Of a DNA stretch of 64,000 bases, positions 46,801 through 56,830 are shown piece after piece. The first letter of the stretch is position 1; each line of letters starts with the position of its first letter. The position numbers and the translations under genes were made by a program. Below the pieces are notes generated by a model that was not told where the DNA came from, did no database searches, and saw only the letters and a list, made by a program, of their open reading frames with translations. The stretch spans positions 1 to 64,000 of the forward strand of contig CBFFRP010000455.1 in the NCBI GenBank assembly GCA_965644295.1, written 5' to 3'. Source of the DNA: Paraphysomonas bandaiensis (lineage: Eukaryota; Protista; Chrysophyceae).

Positions 46801-49776
46801 CTGAGCTACAGTTTCTACTTTGGACTTGTTGTCCAGGTTGGCATGGCAGAAGTCTCTGTGCCATACTTAGGCCTAGTTGTATTTGAATCCATGCAATCCC
46901 CTCAGTTTTCGATCTATGCCCCGACATACTATACCTCAACATTTGGGAATGGATGTATGGAATTTCCTGAACAAAAACCTCAAATTGTTGTCGCCAGCCC
47001 GAAACATGGTGACAAGTGGGGTGTTCCGAGTGACTGGCATGTGGTGGAGTGGGACCACTGGTCAATAGATGACTACGCCTCTGTTAGTGTGTGTTTCTAT
47101 CAGTACTTGACGAACACCTACCTGTTTTGTGGTAACACTGCAGCGTCTGGATCGTATGAAATCAGCTTGAGCTCTGATTACTTCAGTGTTGGTTCTCAGT
47201 ACTATGTCAAAGTGTCTACCTCTGACGGTGTTGTGGGTCAGTCTGATTATTTCACTGCTGTTTACCCCAGTGAAGATCCCGAAGTAGGAGACGAGCTTAC
47301 ACTTTCCGAAATGCCGAAGAATGACATAGTTGTTGAGTTCTCTGGGCTGATGCTTCAGACGGGTTCTCTATCATTTTCATTGCTGGACGGTACCAAGTGT
47401 CAAGCTCATTATAAGAATTTCCCTTTGAATGTGCTCTGTGAAGCAGTTGTCGGTATTGATGTGGACAGTAATACGGTGCTATCGTTCACGGTGTTTGCCG
47501 GTGCCTATATCGAAGATCTTTCGCAATTGACAGCTGCTGGCATGGACATGACATGGGGTGTGACGTTTCCGGAGTTCGATTTTCCAAGTGGATCTGACTC
47601 CACGGTTGATTATTTCTTCGAGCAACTGGCAGGCATAGCGCTTACTTCTTCTTCGACCTTTCCTGGGTCAGAAGGGGTGGATATGTTAAAGATTAATGTT
47701 GGAGAGGACAATGAATTGTGTTTGCGAGACTTGATGGAATATTTACTGAACGACAATGACGATGTGACTTCAGACATCGAGAATGCAGTGAATCGTGTTA
47801 CCTCGTTTCTTGACATTCTGGGGATGAGTTTGTGCCTAAATGCCAACATCGCTAGTATTGACAGCGAGAATCAGGGAATCGAGATCGATTTGACTCTTGA
47901 CTTTACCGTATTTGACAAAGATGAAATGTCATGGGAAAAATATTTTGATTCTATTGAAAACGACAAGTTCCAGACGTTTCTTATGTTATCTGGGTCGTTT
48001 TCTGAGGACATGAGTGCTGCAGTTTTTGACCAAATACTGGAGCTCCTTGATCTGTCGTCCAGTGTGTCATATTCTTTTGATATTGGATCAAAACTTGTCG
48101 ATCTTTACGAGAGTTACTCCGCGTCAGATGGTAGACGACTGACTTCTGATGATGTAGCGTTTGTTGATTCGTCAGGAACATTTTTGCTTGGTAGTGCTGC
48201 AACCGGTGGTGCCAATCTGAATCCAACGTCCGACCCAACAATACGTGCGACAGACAAACCGACTCCTGAGCCGACCTATCAGCGTACAGCTCACCCAACC
48301 TTACTGGGATGCGATTCGCCTTATGTTGGGGATGGTTATTGCGATGATTCAGCCAACAACGAGGTGTGTGCTTGGGACGGAGGGGACTGCTGTGAAAATA
48401 CGTGTGTGCCAACACCATTATATTCGTGCGGGTTTAATGGTTACGACTGCAAGGTTACGGTACCTACTCCTACATTTAAGCCTACAGTCTCACCCACGGC
48501 TTTACCCACCAAAATGCCAACATATCAACCAACCATTCGACCAACTCCCAGCCCTACTTTTTATCCCACGCTAAAGCCCACGATGTCTCCCTACCCCACC
48601 ATGACAGATTGCAATGTTAATTTCAGGGAAAATGTCGGAGACGGATTTTGCGATAAAGTTGGTGGATATAACACCGCGGAATGTAACTGGGATGGTGGGG
48701 ATTGTTGCGATTCGACGTGTTTATACGGAAGAAAATACACATGTGGTAGCAATGGGTACAATTGTATCGCATTTAACCCAACGTTAGCGCCAACTTCTTC
48801 TGTTCCAACCACTCTTCCACCCAAACCAATTACTGACTCTCCTACGCTGTTTCCGACCGACGCGCCGTTGTCGTCCCCAACCCCACGACCCACACCCGAA
48901 CATATCCCATTGGCGGTAACATTGTACTTTGACGCTATGGAGACTATTACTGGTCTATCGGCGGATGATTTCGATGATGCCGCGCAACTGTCTTTCCGTA
49001 TGACCACCGCTGATGCAATGCGTAATTTGACCTACGACATGATCGACATCGACAGTATTGTTGACAACAGTAATTCGACGACAGGGCATGCTACACTTTC
49101 TTCCCGGCGTGTAGAACTGATTAATGGACGACTTTTAAGTAGCATTGTTTCTTGTAATATATCATACACAGTGACAACGTTAATGGACGACTTTTCTGGG
49201 TACAGTGACTCGAGTGATTTAGCTATCGACATACAACAAGCTATAAATGACCAGTATATTGATCCTTCTACAGCGCCAGAGTTTGTTTCCACTGCTGTAT
49301 CATTGGGCTCGACAACAATATCTCCTTCGGCTACGGCATCGTTTTCTGTAGCCGAGTTTGGAGACACCTTCACTATCATTGGTACTTATAGTCCCACACC
49401 CGTTGGAGACACAAATACACATAAAAACGATGGAGGTCGAGGTAGAAACGGGGATGATTTTACTCTTGTGATTGTGTCTGTGACTGTCGCATTGGTAGTG
49501 CTGTTTGGAATGGCTGGAGGGTACTGGTATTTTAAGATAAGAGGTAAGTCTCTAAATCGTGAGACTGAAAATGAAACACCTTCTGTTCCTGTCAATGAGA
49601 CCTCATCAAACATTGAGCTAAAAACTGTGCCTGAGTCAACCGAGTTTGTTAATCCAATTTTCGATGAAAGGCGTTTGCCGAGTGACTTGGAGGTTGGTGG
49701 TAATGATGACACGCCTTCGGAGAAAATCTTTCAAGCAAATGAAACTGCTGGATGTAAAGAAGAAGCGGTTTATTAA
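43849..49776 (+). CDS. 1975-aa type I membrane protein: signal peptide, beta-rich domains, FN3, PAN/apple-like, Kre9/KNH-like Ig fold, two LNR/Notch-like repeats, PT stalk, SEA-like region, TM
   Basis: Single open frame; VGDGYCD..NN..C.WDGGDCC twice; YRAYSARGFSEWS; CADKCRAYDSCVLFTF...CML; TM LVIVSVTVALVVLFGMAGGYWYF; cytoplasmic NPIF. Confidence 0.85.
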   Translation: MMRMILLLLYMMVFIGSYTHGDAYDAYTYHSPRSYRPKQSFRGINELNHYIQDERRYTHSLNHHTGVRMNYDVTVREGVYQIDHDENIIHINCISNETIHIHSLHPNQLHQNLMEMKFIVGDDTWGCISGRYTDMREEPLYRSIESLSMDGNMVILSTFIVPFTHLFERSSIRLYIPPLVNSDNGGIRTEGKDDDESWFARSESETFNFNYDESTGRAEDGSIDIPYTSGTCVCEQCYAYFTPGVTFEMDIDYAYYSFPYVDYLKMLFTGEAEISAYVRLTAPTEGKSDEIELSRVFNMGAWTFNVGIVPLVIIPRFQLLAQFEVVESTLDASLFGGYTASASVEYGIEIADSDGEVNVIESDSWSYSGTPLSLSSSKSGGTFNPRIYIIPRLYMSPYGIIDFYVDPKPYLGVEIWDAASGEPDNSNPGSSSVYDYNTADKPSRPSNPPTLVSVTQGTILLALTAPASDYEITSYEVKYTCGSCWYADSFTLSSIGFFERWSTTTAEYPNIEPIWVVDLAIQIEDTQYDSNEILCADKCRAYDSCVLFTFIKSYNYRCMLYDTTDPGNKYGESYKWGDLYGDALTYELLGNDDSGRTYYELRDGDLLGFTAEGDNESEETIHIDVSDNDYEIWYRAYSARGFSEWSDELDVELQLDGSLSLLYNYKTLRVHITTNIAVGETIMVNVYENHYSDNNLYGIDYVYQGNSYLDLDMTTVYSNDPVYAIDGNTQEVYVKFEYGDFSKSTSQITYYPVSSLEYFTTTTTKLKFEFYADPALVSEIKIYSNTGWMYPLTPVTFTFDPLSSYCDSSHFCTVSCTWYNDHNKWSVDAYDVDGNKADITFFEYELGASALTLRDRESNGGVISGGSTPVRRFTTESDSQALRNNKVRTEHGPASSGHSVPTSFGTKQSKSSLFPFLSEDASSTYTSSMSRASTLDSRGRSYKHQQIKGFRLVGNGKSNNSLSSENVHNGRQLASDTCASSVNGLSYSFYFGLVVQVGMAEVSVPYLGLVVFESMQSPQFSIYAPTYYTSTFGNGCMEFPEQKPQIVVASPKHGDKWGVPSDWHVVEWDHWSIDDYASVSVCFYQYLTNTYLFCGNTAASGSYEISLSSDYFSVGSQYYVKVSTSDGVVGQSDYFTAVYPSEDPEVGDELTLSEMPKNDIVVEFSGLMLQTGSLSFSLLDGTKCQAHYKNFPLNVLCEAVVGIDVDSNTVLSFTVFAGAYIEDLSQLTAAGMDMTWGVTFPEFDFPSGSDSTVDYFFEQLAGIALTSSSTFPGSEGVDMLKINVGEDNELCLRDLMEYLLNDNDDVTSDIENAVNRVTSFLDILGMSLCLNANIASIDSENQGIEIDLTLDFTVFDKDEMSWEKYFDSIENDKFQTFLMLSGSFSEDMSAAVFDQILELLDLSSSVSYSFDIGSKLVDLYESYSASDGRRLTSDDVAFVDSSGTFLLGSAATGGANLNPTSDPTIRATDKPTPEPTYQRTAHPTLLGCDSPYVGDGYCDDSANNEVCAWDGGDCCENTCVPTPLYSCGFNGYDCKVTVPTPTFKPTVSPTALPTKMPTYQPTIRPTPSPTFYPTLKPTMSPYPTMTDCNVNFRENVGDGFCDKVGGYNTAECNWDGGDCCDSTCLYGRKYTCGSNGYNCIAFNPTLAPTSSVPTTLPPKPITDSPTLFPTDAPLSSPTPRPTPEHIPLAVTLYFDAMETITGLSADDFDDAAQLSFRMTTADAMRNLTYDMIDIDSIVDNSNSTTGHATLSSRRVELINGRLLSSIVSCNISYTVTTLMDDFSGYSDSSDLAIDIQQAINDQYIDPSTAPEFVSTAVSLGSTTISPSATASFSVAEFGDTFTIIGTYSPTPVGDTNTHKNDGGRGRNGDDFTLVIVSVTVALVVLFGMAGGYWYFKIRGKSLNRETENETPSVPVNETSSNIELKTVPESTEFVNPIFDERRLPSDLEVGGNDDTPSEKIFQANETAGCKEEAVY

Positions 49777-50574
49777 AAACTCAACCGCAAGTTATTTATG
49801 TGCACTGAAGGATATATAAGAATAGCCACGTTTGACAGTTTGTGATTAGCTAGTTATGACTATCATCTGTGACGATTCTAATATGCGTCATTTTACTGGA
49901 AATGTGAGTTGTAGGTAGAATATATGAAAGATATAATGTTATAAAATTTAGACCCCATATATGGTGCAGGAGAAGGTTAGATTGAGAAATATATATTATG
50001 TAGTGGTGTACCTGTGTATACGAGATTCATTCATGCAAGATTATACACTTCTATCGATGAAACATGACTCTTACCAGAAGCTATTGCAGTAGATATCGAA
50101 AATTGAAGCAGTGTAACTGATTCCTATACAGATACACTTTACTTTCATAGCCTATATGCCTATATGAGATTACGAGAGCCCCACGCATTCCAGGGGAGGA
50201 GAGGGCTCGGCCAATGCCACGCTAGGCCTATACTGAGGAGTCACGCATGGTCACGAGAAACTCCACATAATCTTTGTTTGGAAAAATAAAAACGGTTCTA
50301 CTAGAAATTGCGCGAATTACATATTATTAGGATCCTTCTTACTATAAAATGTGTCAGTTATGATGTTCAATGAACTATATCATGAACTGAATTAGAGAGA
50401 GCATCTGTTGAAGGTACGTGATCATCATCACGATCGTCATTATTTGTCAGTTATACTTGTAACTATTCCGTTGTGTGTGATGGTTACGTTCTGCATTATT
50501 ATTCACTTTTTCTATATTGCTGTGTTCATCACTACTTCACACTCTAATAAAACCACAACTTTCTTCTTATACTA

Positions 50575-50660
50575 CCCTCAACAAAGTCGGACTCGCACCT
50601 TTTCGTGGTGTTCTGGGGGATAAGTACCGAGAAATTATCTCTGGGAAACTAACGTGAGCC
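50575..50660 (+). ncRNA. Putative HDV-like ribozyme, copy 2
   Basis: Same fold as 2672-2758; L3 UUUUCGU; AGUA/GAA flanking P4; candidate catalytic C at 50649; differences from copy 1 are concentrated in P4. Confidence 0.67.
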
Positions 50661-51084
50661 ACAAACATAGTCAGCAGATATTGTTCTGCCCACTCATAGC
50701 CGAATTCTTGTGTGGAACAAGGAACACCAATAAGTGTCACTTGTGTAGACGTCTTTGGGCCTTGACGAATAAAATGGCACCCGGGAATGGGTCCACCTCA
50801 AGGGCATCCGGGACAGGGCCCACCTGAAGGGTAACCGGGGTATTGGACTGCCTGCTGAATTCAAGCATCCGAGATGTTCACCTTAAGAACTCAGAGCGGA
50901 AGTGGTCGCACCTTGGTGCTTGCGGCGACGCACAAGCAGCTTCCGTAGCGTTAAATAGTAGGATAAAAAAAGTGTGTACTGATTAGTTGCAGGTAGAAGT
51001 CTAACTAGTTTGTCTAGCATTCATCTAGCTACTAAGTTGGTGCAGGTTTTTAACGCCTATTGCTAATAATAATAAGACTTTCAA
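50575..51084 (+). mobile_element. Non-autonomous retroposon, copy 2 (510 bp; 5' module 50575-50893 + 3' module 50893-51084)
   Basis: 7-bp TSD TATACTA at 50568-50574 and 51085-51091; the empty site is visible in family B at ~55158; same 5' start as 2672. Confidence 0.87.
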
Positions 51085-51639
51085 TATACTATTACTAACC
51101 TTAAATCTGCATTCATATATAGGTCATGCATAGCTTTGAGAAATCCCGCGTAACCTTAGCGAAGGTGAACACGGGGATGCGGCAACAGAATCTGCGCAAT
51201 ATATGCGGTCAGCTACTTTGGTGCACGGGTAGGCGGGCGGTAGAATCAGTGCTATATCTCGGAGTTATATGTGGTATATACCAGCCAGCCTACTACCTAC
51301 ACTATGGCCACGCCCTCGGAATGGGGCACCCCTCACCCCCTGTCCAAATCTATACCATTCAGCCTGTACGCGCAACCGTATTCTGGATTACAGCCAGGAT
51401 TACAACTTTTTAATTCCGGATGCCAAGCTACAATCTTCGGAAAAGCGGATTACCTCGACCATATATTTATGATATCTGTATAGAATACTACGATTTTACG
51501 AATACACTATTTTTCGGCATTGTTTTACCGTTTGGCCGCTATGGCCATTCAAACATATTGACATATAACACCAATGTCCATAAACTACAAGAACAAAGAA
51601 CTTAGAACAAACAAAGAACAATGGATATTATTTGAGAAC

Positions 51640-53050
51640 AAAGTGATTTCAGAGATGAGATTGCACTGCTAACCAAGCATATGCGGTTAATGGATCTTAA
51701 ACTTAGAAAAGTACATGGCCCATGTGCTTCTTAACATAAACAGCCGAACTGGTGTGTATTATGACCCTCCACAATATTACTCGTTTGCACACGGTAATGA
51801 ACATCGAAGTGCTCTTTAAAACATGTAACCCTTTACCGGAAATAGAGATTGTGTTTATGTAAACGCTCGAGGGATTCAAGAGGAAGGTTTCTGGCCTTAA
51901 GCAGCGCGGCTTGTTACCTTCACGATAAGGCAAGACTGCAATGACCTTGAAAGGGATATATTTCTTGCAGAGATAGCTGCTAAACAGGACCGTGACTTTG
52001 GACTTTAAACATTTTGTTTGCCCTATTTATTGCTATGCTGGAACTCGATCGCAAAATCTGTAAGTGGTAAGTGCTGCACATACAATGTACGATCATATAT
52101 CTAGATGCAATGACCATTAATATTTCCAACCCGAAGAATGATCAAGAGGGAAGCAATTGATAATGATAAATCCAAAGAACCCTATAATATGTCCCATTTT
52201 GGTTTTATCAGCATGGGTATTGCTCAAGGCTGCATCGTGAAGGCTCTGATAGGCACACACAGAAAGGAAGAGGGGCAACAGAGCGAGACTCTCCTTTCGT
52301 TTTACTCTATTTTAAATAATAATATTTATAATGCTATACTTTAAATAATAATATTCTGCCTGGCTTCTCATCATTCTATCCTTTAGAGTGACTTTGCCAT
52401 ATCTACTTGCTTCGCTGGCATACCATCATGACTGGCAATTAGAAACACTTTCATATTAAATCATCCTTTCTTTCTCCAAAGGGTTTGGACAAGTGGTATT
52501 CTACAACATCTACGACCGAATGTATTAACTGGTGTGTTTCGTAATGATGTGTCAAGAATGAATGCAACTCGTGTTCCACCCAATGTGAATCTAGCTAATA
52601 GCATTTCGTCGTTGGGAGAAAATGTTGGGAAATTGTCTAGTGATATAATTTTAGCAGATATTAGAACAAGTTGTACATCACAGAATGCAGAGCGAATTCC
52701 TACACAAGACGAACAATCCACATCACGAGAGAATGCTACATTGTGCATATGGGGAAGGCACCATCATTTATTTCCAGAGGGTTTTAGTTATTTAGAACTA
52801 TTTTTGTATGACTATATTCGCGTTCATCTTGATGATATGCGCATGGAGGATTGTCATATACAGCATTCTACGATTACATGTAAGATCGCCAGAGGAATGA
52901 GCGTCAATGGCATGCAATGGAGCTAAAGATAGAAGATAATAGACTTGTATGTATGTGAAGGGGGTCTGTGAGATTCTTCACAGTCATCATCATGCATTAG
53001 TGGAGGGATTGATGAGAATATGACGGTAAAGGAGTTCGATATCAACTTGT
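51640..53050 (+). mobile_element. Decayed Crypton (tyrosine-recombinase DNA transposon) coding relic
   Basis: Colinear frameshifted motifs GFKRKVSGLKQRG..GKTAMT, YLLLCWNSIAKSVS, MYDHIS..DAMTI...KNDQEG, NPKNPIICPIL, IGTH..RK, LPYLLASLAYH, MNATRVPP, WGRHHHLFPEGF. Confidence 0.75.
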
Positions 53051-53100
53051 GGTGGGTAGCTAAATCATCTTGTTGTTTCATGGCACTCTATGCGTATTGA

Positions 53101-53250
53101 CATCCTTTGTATATTTTTGTTCCAAGATGCCTCTAATATTGAGACAATAATTATCTGTATTCCAGCTGTAGTTGTATTGAAGTAATATAGAGAATTTTTG
53201 ATTCAATTTATTCCCGAAAAAATAAGATGCTGTCTGCCCATACGATGGAC
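53101..53250 (+). repeat. Family M, copy 3
   Basis: Aligns with 11466-11600 and 43443-43587. Confidence 0.8.
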
Positions 53251-53636
53251 AGATACAGTAACATATAGAGATGTACGTTAGTTGACATACACACACACAG
53301 CAAGAAGTCACCATCATACAACAGCACTATACACATAAAATACACACACTACCGTACTGTTCGACTACTGTATATAGGATGATATCTGCTGATGATGACT
53401 TCTAGCCGTTTCGTTCATATCATACACATACGTATCATACATACATATACACACATACACATACAGCAGTGTCCATAGCATCCATCTGCATGCATCATAT
53501 ACATACATGCACAGCACAGTGCCTAGAGGAGTTCACAACACTCCTCTAACCCCATATATATAATAATTAAACAGTCATTAATAGCTGTGACAGTGCACAT
53601 AGCATACTGTTAATCTAAACCCTAGTAACACTAGAT

Positions 53637-54063
53637 ATGGCAGCAACCACACAAGTTGAAATTAGTGAACATGATTACCGCAAACTCATATCAAAAGCCC
53701 TCACAAGAGTGAGTATCATATACACATATATACCTAATGTATCTTATCTATTGCACAGAGTGTTGATATGAGTATGGAGATGTCAATGGAATCTATGGAA
53801 ATTATTACTATGGCAGTTGACAAACACGCAGCTACAAAAAACTATGAGGTAATTACATCTATTTGGCGACACGATATAGTAACAGTCATATATCATATAC
53901 ACAGGCGGCAGCTCAACTAATCAAGACAACTATGGATAAAAAGTTTGGGGCAGCATGGCATTGTGTTATTGGCGAAGGGTTTGGCTTTGAAATAACATAT
54001 CAAGCGAAGAATATGGTGTATGTGTATTATGGTTCGATCGGCATTTTGGCGTACAAGTGCTAA
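53637..54063 (+). CDS. DNAL4: Axonemal dynein light chain 4; exons 53637-53708, 53759-53848, 53905-54063
   Basis: DMSMEM..ESMEIITMAVDKH...NYE|AAAQLIKTTMDKKFGAAWHCVIGEGFGFEITY...KC*; introns of 50 and 56 nt. Confidence 0.9.
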
Positions 54064-54739
54064 TGCAAGAATCTTTTAATTGGACAACAACCTACTTGAT
54101 ATGGCATTTTGCCTTGTTTGTATTATACGCTGAAACGAATAAATAATGTTGAGCTTTTACATAAAACATACTGTGGCAGAATACTTCTGATCAGTAATTT
54201 ATTCATCTCAAACAACATAACTTTCCATAGTTGGATACGTAAAATACTAAAAAGCCACATAAATATAATTTGAGTACAGATGTGAACAGGGTAAACGCTT
54301 CGAAATAAGTGTTTGCCGTAGAATATACACTGCGAAGTTGAATAGATTCCACAGCAAGGGGGCAATCTATCAGAATGGTATCGTAAATAATAAACTTGCA
54401 TTCCAACAATACTATTGGAATACTCCTCTAACCAACCCAACCACACTATTGCAATATAATTGTCATTTATTGCAGTGTAGAGTGTAGAGTATAGTGATAA
54501 TATTAATCAGTAACTAATCAAGCTGGAGTCAATTACAATGCAATTGCAATTATGATTTGCTGTCCCAATTCAATTACTGTAATTTCGAAAGTACAAGTTA
54601 ATTAAATACTAATAATTGAAAATCAATTAACTGATAGGCGGCCTTTATATGTTTACTTTTAGTTGTATTCATTAAAACGTGTTATATCTGATCTCGTTGA
54701 GAGAGACATCTTACTACCAGCACCTGTGTTCAATTTCAC

Positions 54740-54907
54740 AAAGGTTACCGGTGTTCTCGTTGCCACGAATTACACAAGTATGTAGTATGCGCAGATTCTA
54801 GAAATACCATATTTATCTTTCCCCTTCTGACAATGTTTACATGGGGGCTCCTGTATCCATGTATGACCCATGTACCATGTTGGTGTAGGCCTAGCAAGGC
54901 TTTGACT
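54740..54907 (-). repeat. Family A fragment (inverted)
   Basis: Reverse complement contains GCTAGGCCTA and CTAGAATCTGCGC. Confidence 0.6.
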
Positions 54908-54917
54908 TCTGCTTACT

Positions 54918-55180
54918 ATTAGGATTCATCTTAATAAAAGATATTATATGTGAAATATAATGCCCAATAAAATAAATCATGAACTGGATTAATAAAAGTA
55001 TCTGTTCAAAATACTTAACCGTCATCGTAATGATCGTCATTGTCAGTTATACTTCTAACTATACCGTTGTGTGTGATTGTTATGTTCTGCATTATTATTC
55101 GCCTTTTTCTACAATACTGTGTTCATCACTTTACGCTCTAATAATCGCAACATTGTTCTTACTATTACTAAGCTTAAATC
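54918..55180 (+). repeat. Family B, uninterrupted copy
   Basis: Aligns with 50326-50574 + 51092-51107. Confidence 0.75.
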
Positions 55181-55560
55181 AACTTTCTTACTTTACCCCC
55201 AGAATACACTGTGTTTCTCGTAATCATATATAGTATAGGGTATAGGGTATAGGTATAATTGAACATGCGTTGTTCTGCCTTGGCATTTCGCACGCAAAGA
55301 ATACGTTGGGATGCATATTGTAAAGAAAAGTGAAAGAATTTTCTTTGATTTTCATCACTGTTTTGTGTGTATTCAGTACAACTTCTCTCTATACTAGGGC
55401 ACGCCATCAGAATATGGCAACCAGTAATCTTTTACACGACAGGGCATAAAGGTGAAGCTGTACTTTCGCCACCATGTTCTGATCACTCTGTTTAGACTAA
55501 GCGAAACTCAATACATATAAACAAACAGTTGTAAACCGTGATAAACTTCACTTAAATTAA

Positions 55561-56241
55561 TTAAGACAACCCCATATTAGAGTTATCATTCGACTCTGCG
55601 ACTTGCGCATCTACGTCCTGAGAACTACTCTCACTATTCTGTCCACCTTCCGAACTCTCTCTTTCGTACTCTTCTTTTAAGGACATCATGAAATCAGCCA
55701 AAGCATTCCTTCTAACTGCACATGCAAGCCATACATCTGCATGAACCAGTGCGCCAGTATCGAGCATTTTTTGCACAGCATTTCTTGTTTCTTCAGTCGT
55801 TGATGGCCCTAAAGACTGAATACTCTCTGTGATATCTTTGGGATCCACAAACGGTGTATCCACTGCATCTAATGATCCATTAGAAAAAGTCGGCATTGCA
55901 TTTCTCTTATGCAATTCACGTAATAGATCCAAATCAGTCTGTAGTCCTGTGTCAGGTGATGCTAATCGTCTAGCTAATAATAATATTAAACATCTTCCAT
56001 TTCCTGCTTGTAAACCTTCTATAAATAATTCAGGTAATAATAAATCAGTGGCTTGTATCGGTTGATTGGCTCGTTGACGTGTTGATGAGGCTGTAAGGGG
56101 CATATCTGGTGAGCATTTTAATAGTAATGAGTGTCTTTCTTCAGTGGATTTCATTAAGTAATATAAACTGAATTGTTTGCATGTGGATCTCCACCAATGA
56201 ACAAGTTGATCATGTTTTTCGGATTGAAGGATTGAAGTCAT
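55561..56241 (-). CDS. Hypothetical protein (likely start MTSILQ at 56241)
   Basis: Open frame with globular composition, divergent from the 56831 gene; no motif recognised. Confidence 0.6.
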   Translation of the reverse strand: MTSILQSEKHDQLVHWWRSTCKQFSLYYLMKSTEERHSLLLKCSPDMPLTASSTRQRANQPIQATDLLLPELFIEGLQAGNGRCLILLLARRLASPDTGLQTDLDLLRELHKRNAMPTFSNGSLDAVDTPFVDPKDITESIQSLGPSTTEETRNAVQKMLDTGALVHADVWLACAVRRNALADFMMSLKEEYERESSEGGQNSESSSQDVDAQVAESNDNSNMGLS

Positions 56242-56830
56242 ATTAGGATTAGGGGAAGAGGATATGTATGTGTTATATGGATGGCTCATACATGTATATA
56301 TATAGCTATATATAGAGCCCACTGTGGAGTATATATGTACTATACGCGGTATACTCTACTGCTGTACTGGTATATGTATATGCGAAGAATATGTATCAGA
56401 ATATGTATGTACTTCGTATACAGACCACACACATACAGTATCCCATCCGCATATCTGATATCTGATATCTGATAGAATATATACTACGTACAGTATAATA
56501 CAGTATAACATTTCTGTAATATATTCTGTAGCAGTGTTCAAAAGCACCTAAAAAAGCAGGTAAATATTGCACAAATATTAGAAAAACACAAAAAAATATG
56601 TTTTTTTTCCAACTAAAAAATAGACAATTTAGTATCAATAAAGCAGTCCATATTTCCTGTATAGAGTAGATGTATTCTTCTCTAGTATCTCCTATGCAGT
56701 ACACTGCTGTATCTGTATATGGAACGTTTTCTAGTAGTATAGAGCTTGACGATATAAGATGCTGTTAACGTTAATATTATAACTATATGTATATATAACA
56801 TAGAAGGGAATATCTAATAGATAAACTATC

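Larger units (their letters stand above)
50326..51107 (+). repeat. Family B copy (50326-50574 + 51092-51107)
   Basis: Contiguous in the uninterrupted copy 54918-55180 (ATTAGGAT...ACTATTACTAA.CTTAAATC). Confidence 0.75.
50133..51330 (+). repeat. Family A copy interrupted by family B, itself interrupted by the ribozyme retroposon
   Basis: 50133-50325 and 51113-51330 are contiguous in the uninterrupted copy at 12455-12825. Confidence 0.8.

Noticed and set aside
50944-50965. Pistol-ribozyme-like CGUUAAAUAG
   Set aside because: The remaining pistol pairings and conserved core are not present; better explained as part of the retroposon tail.
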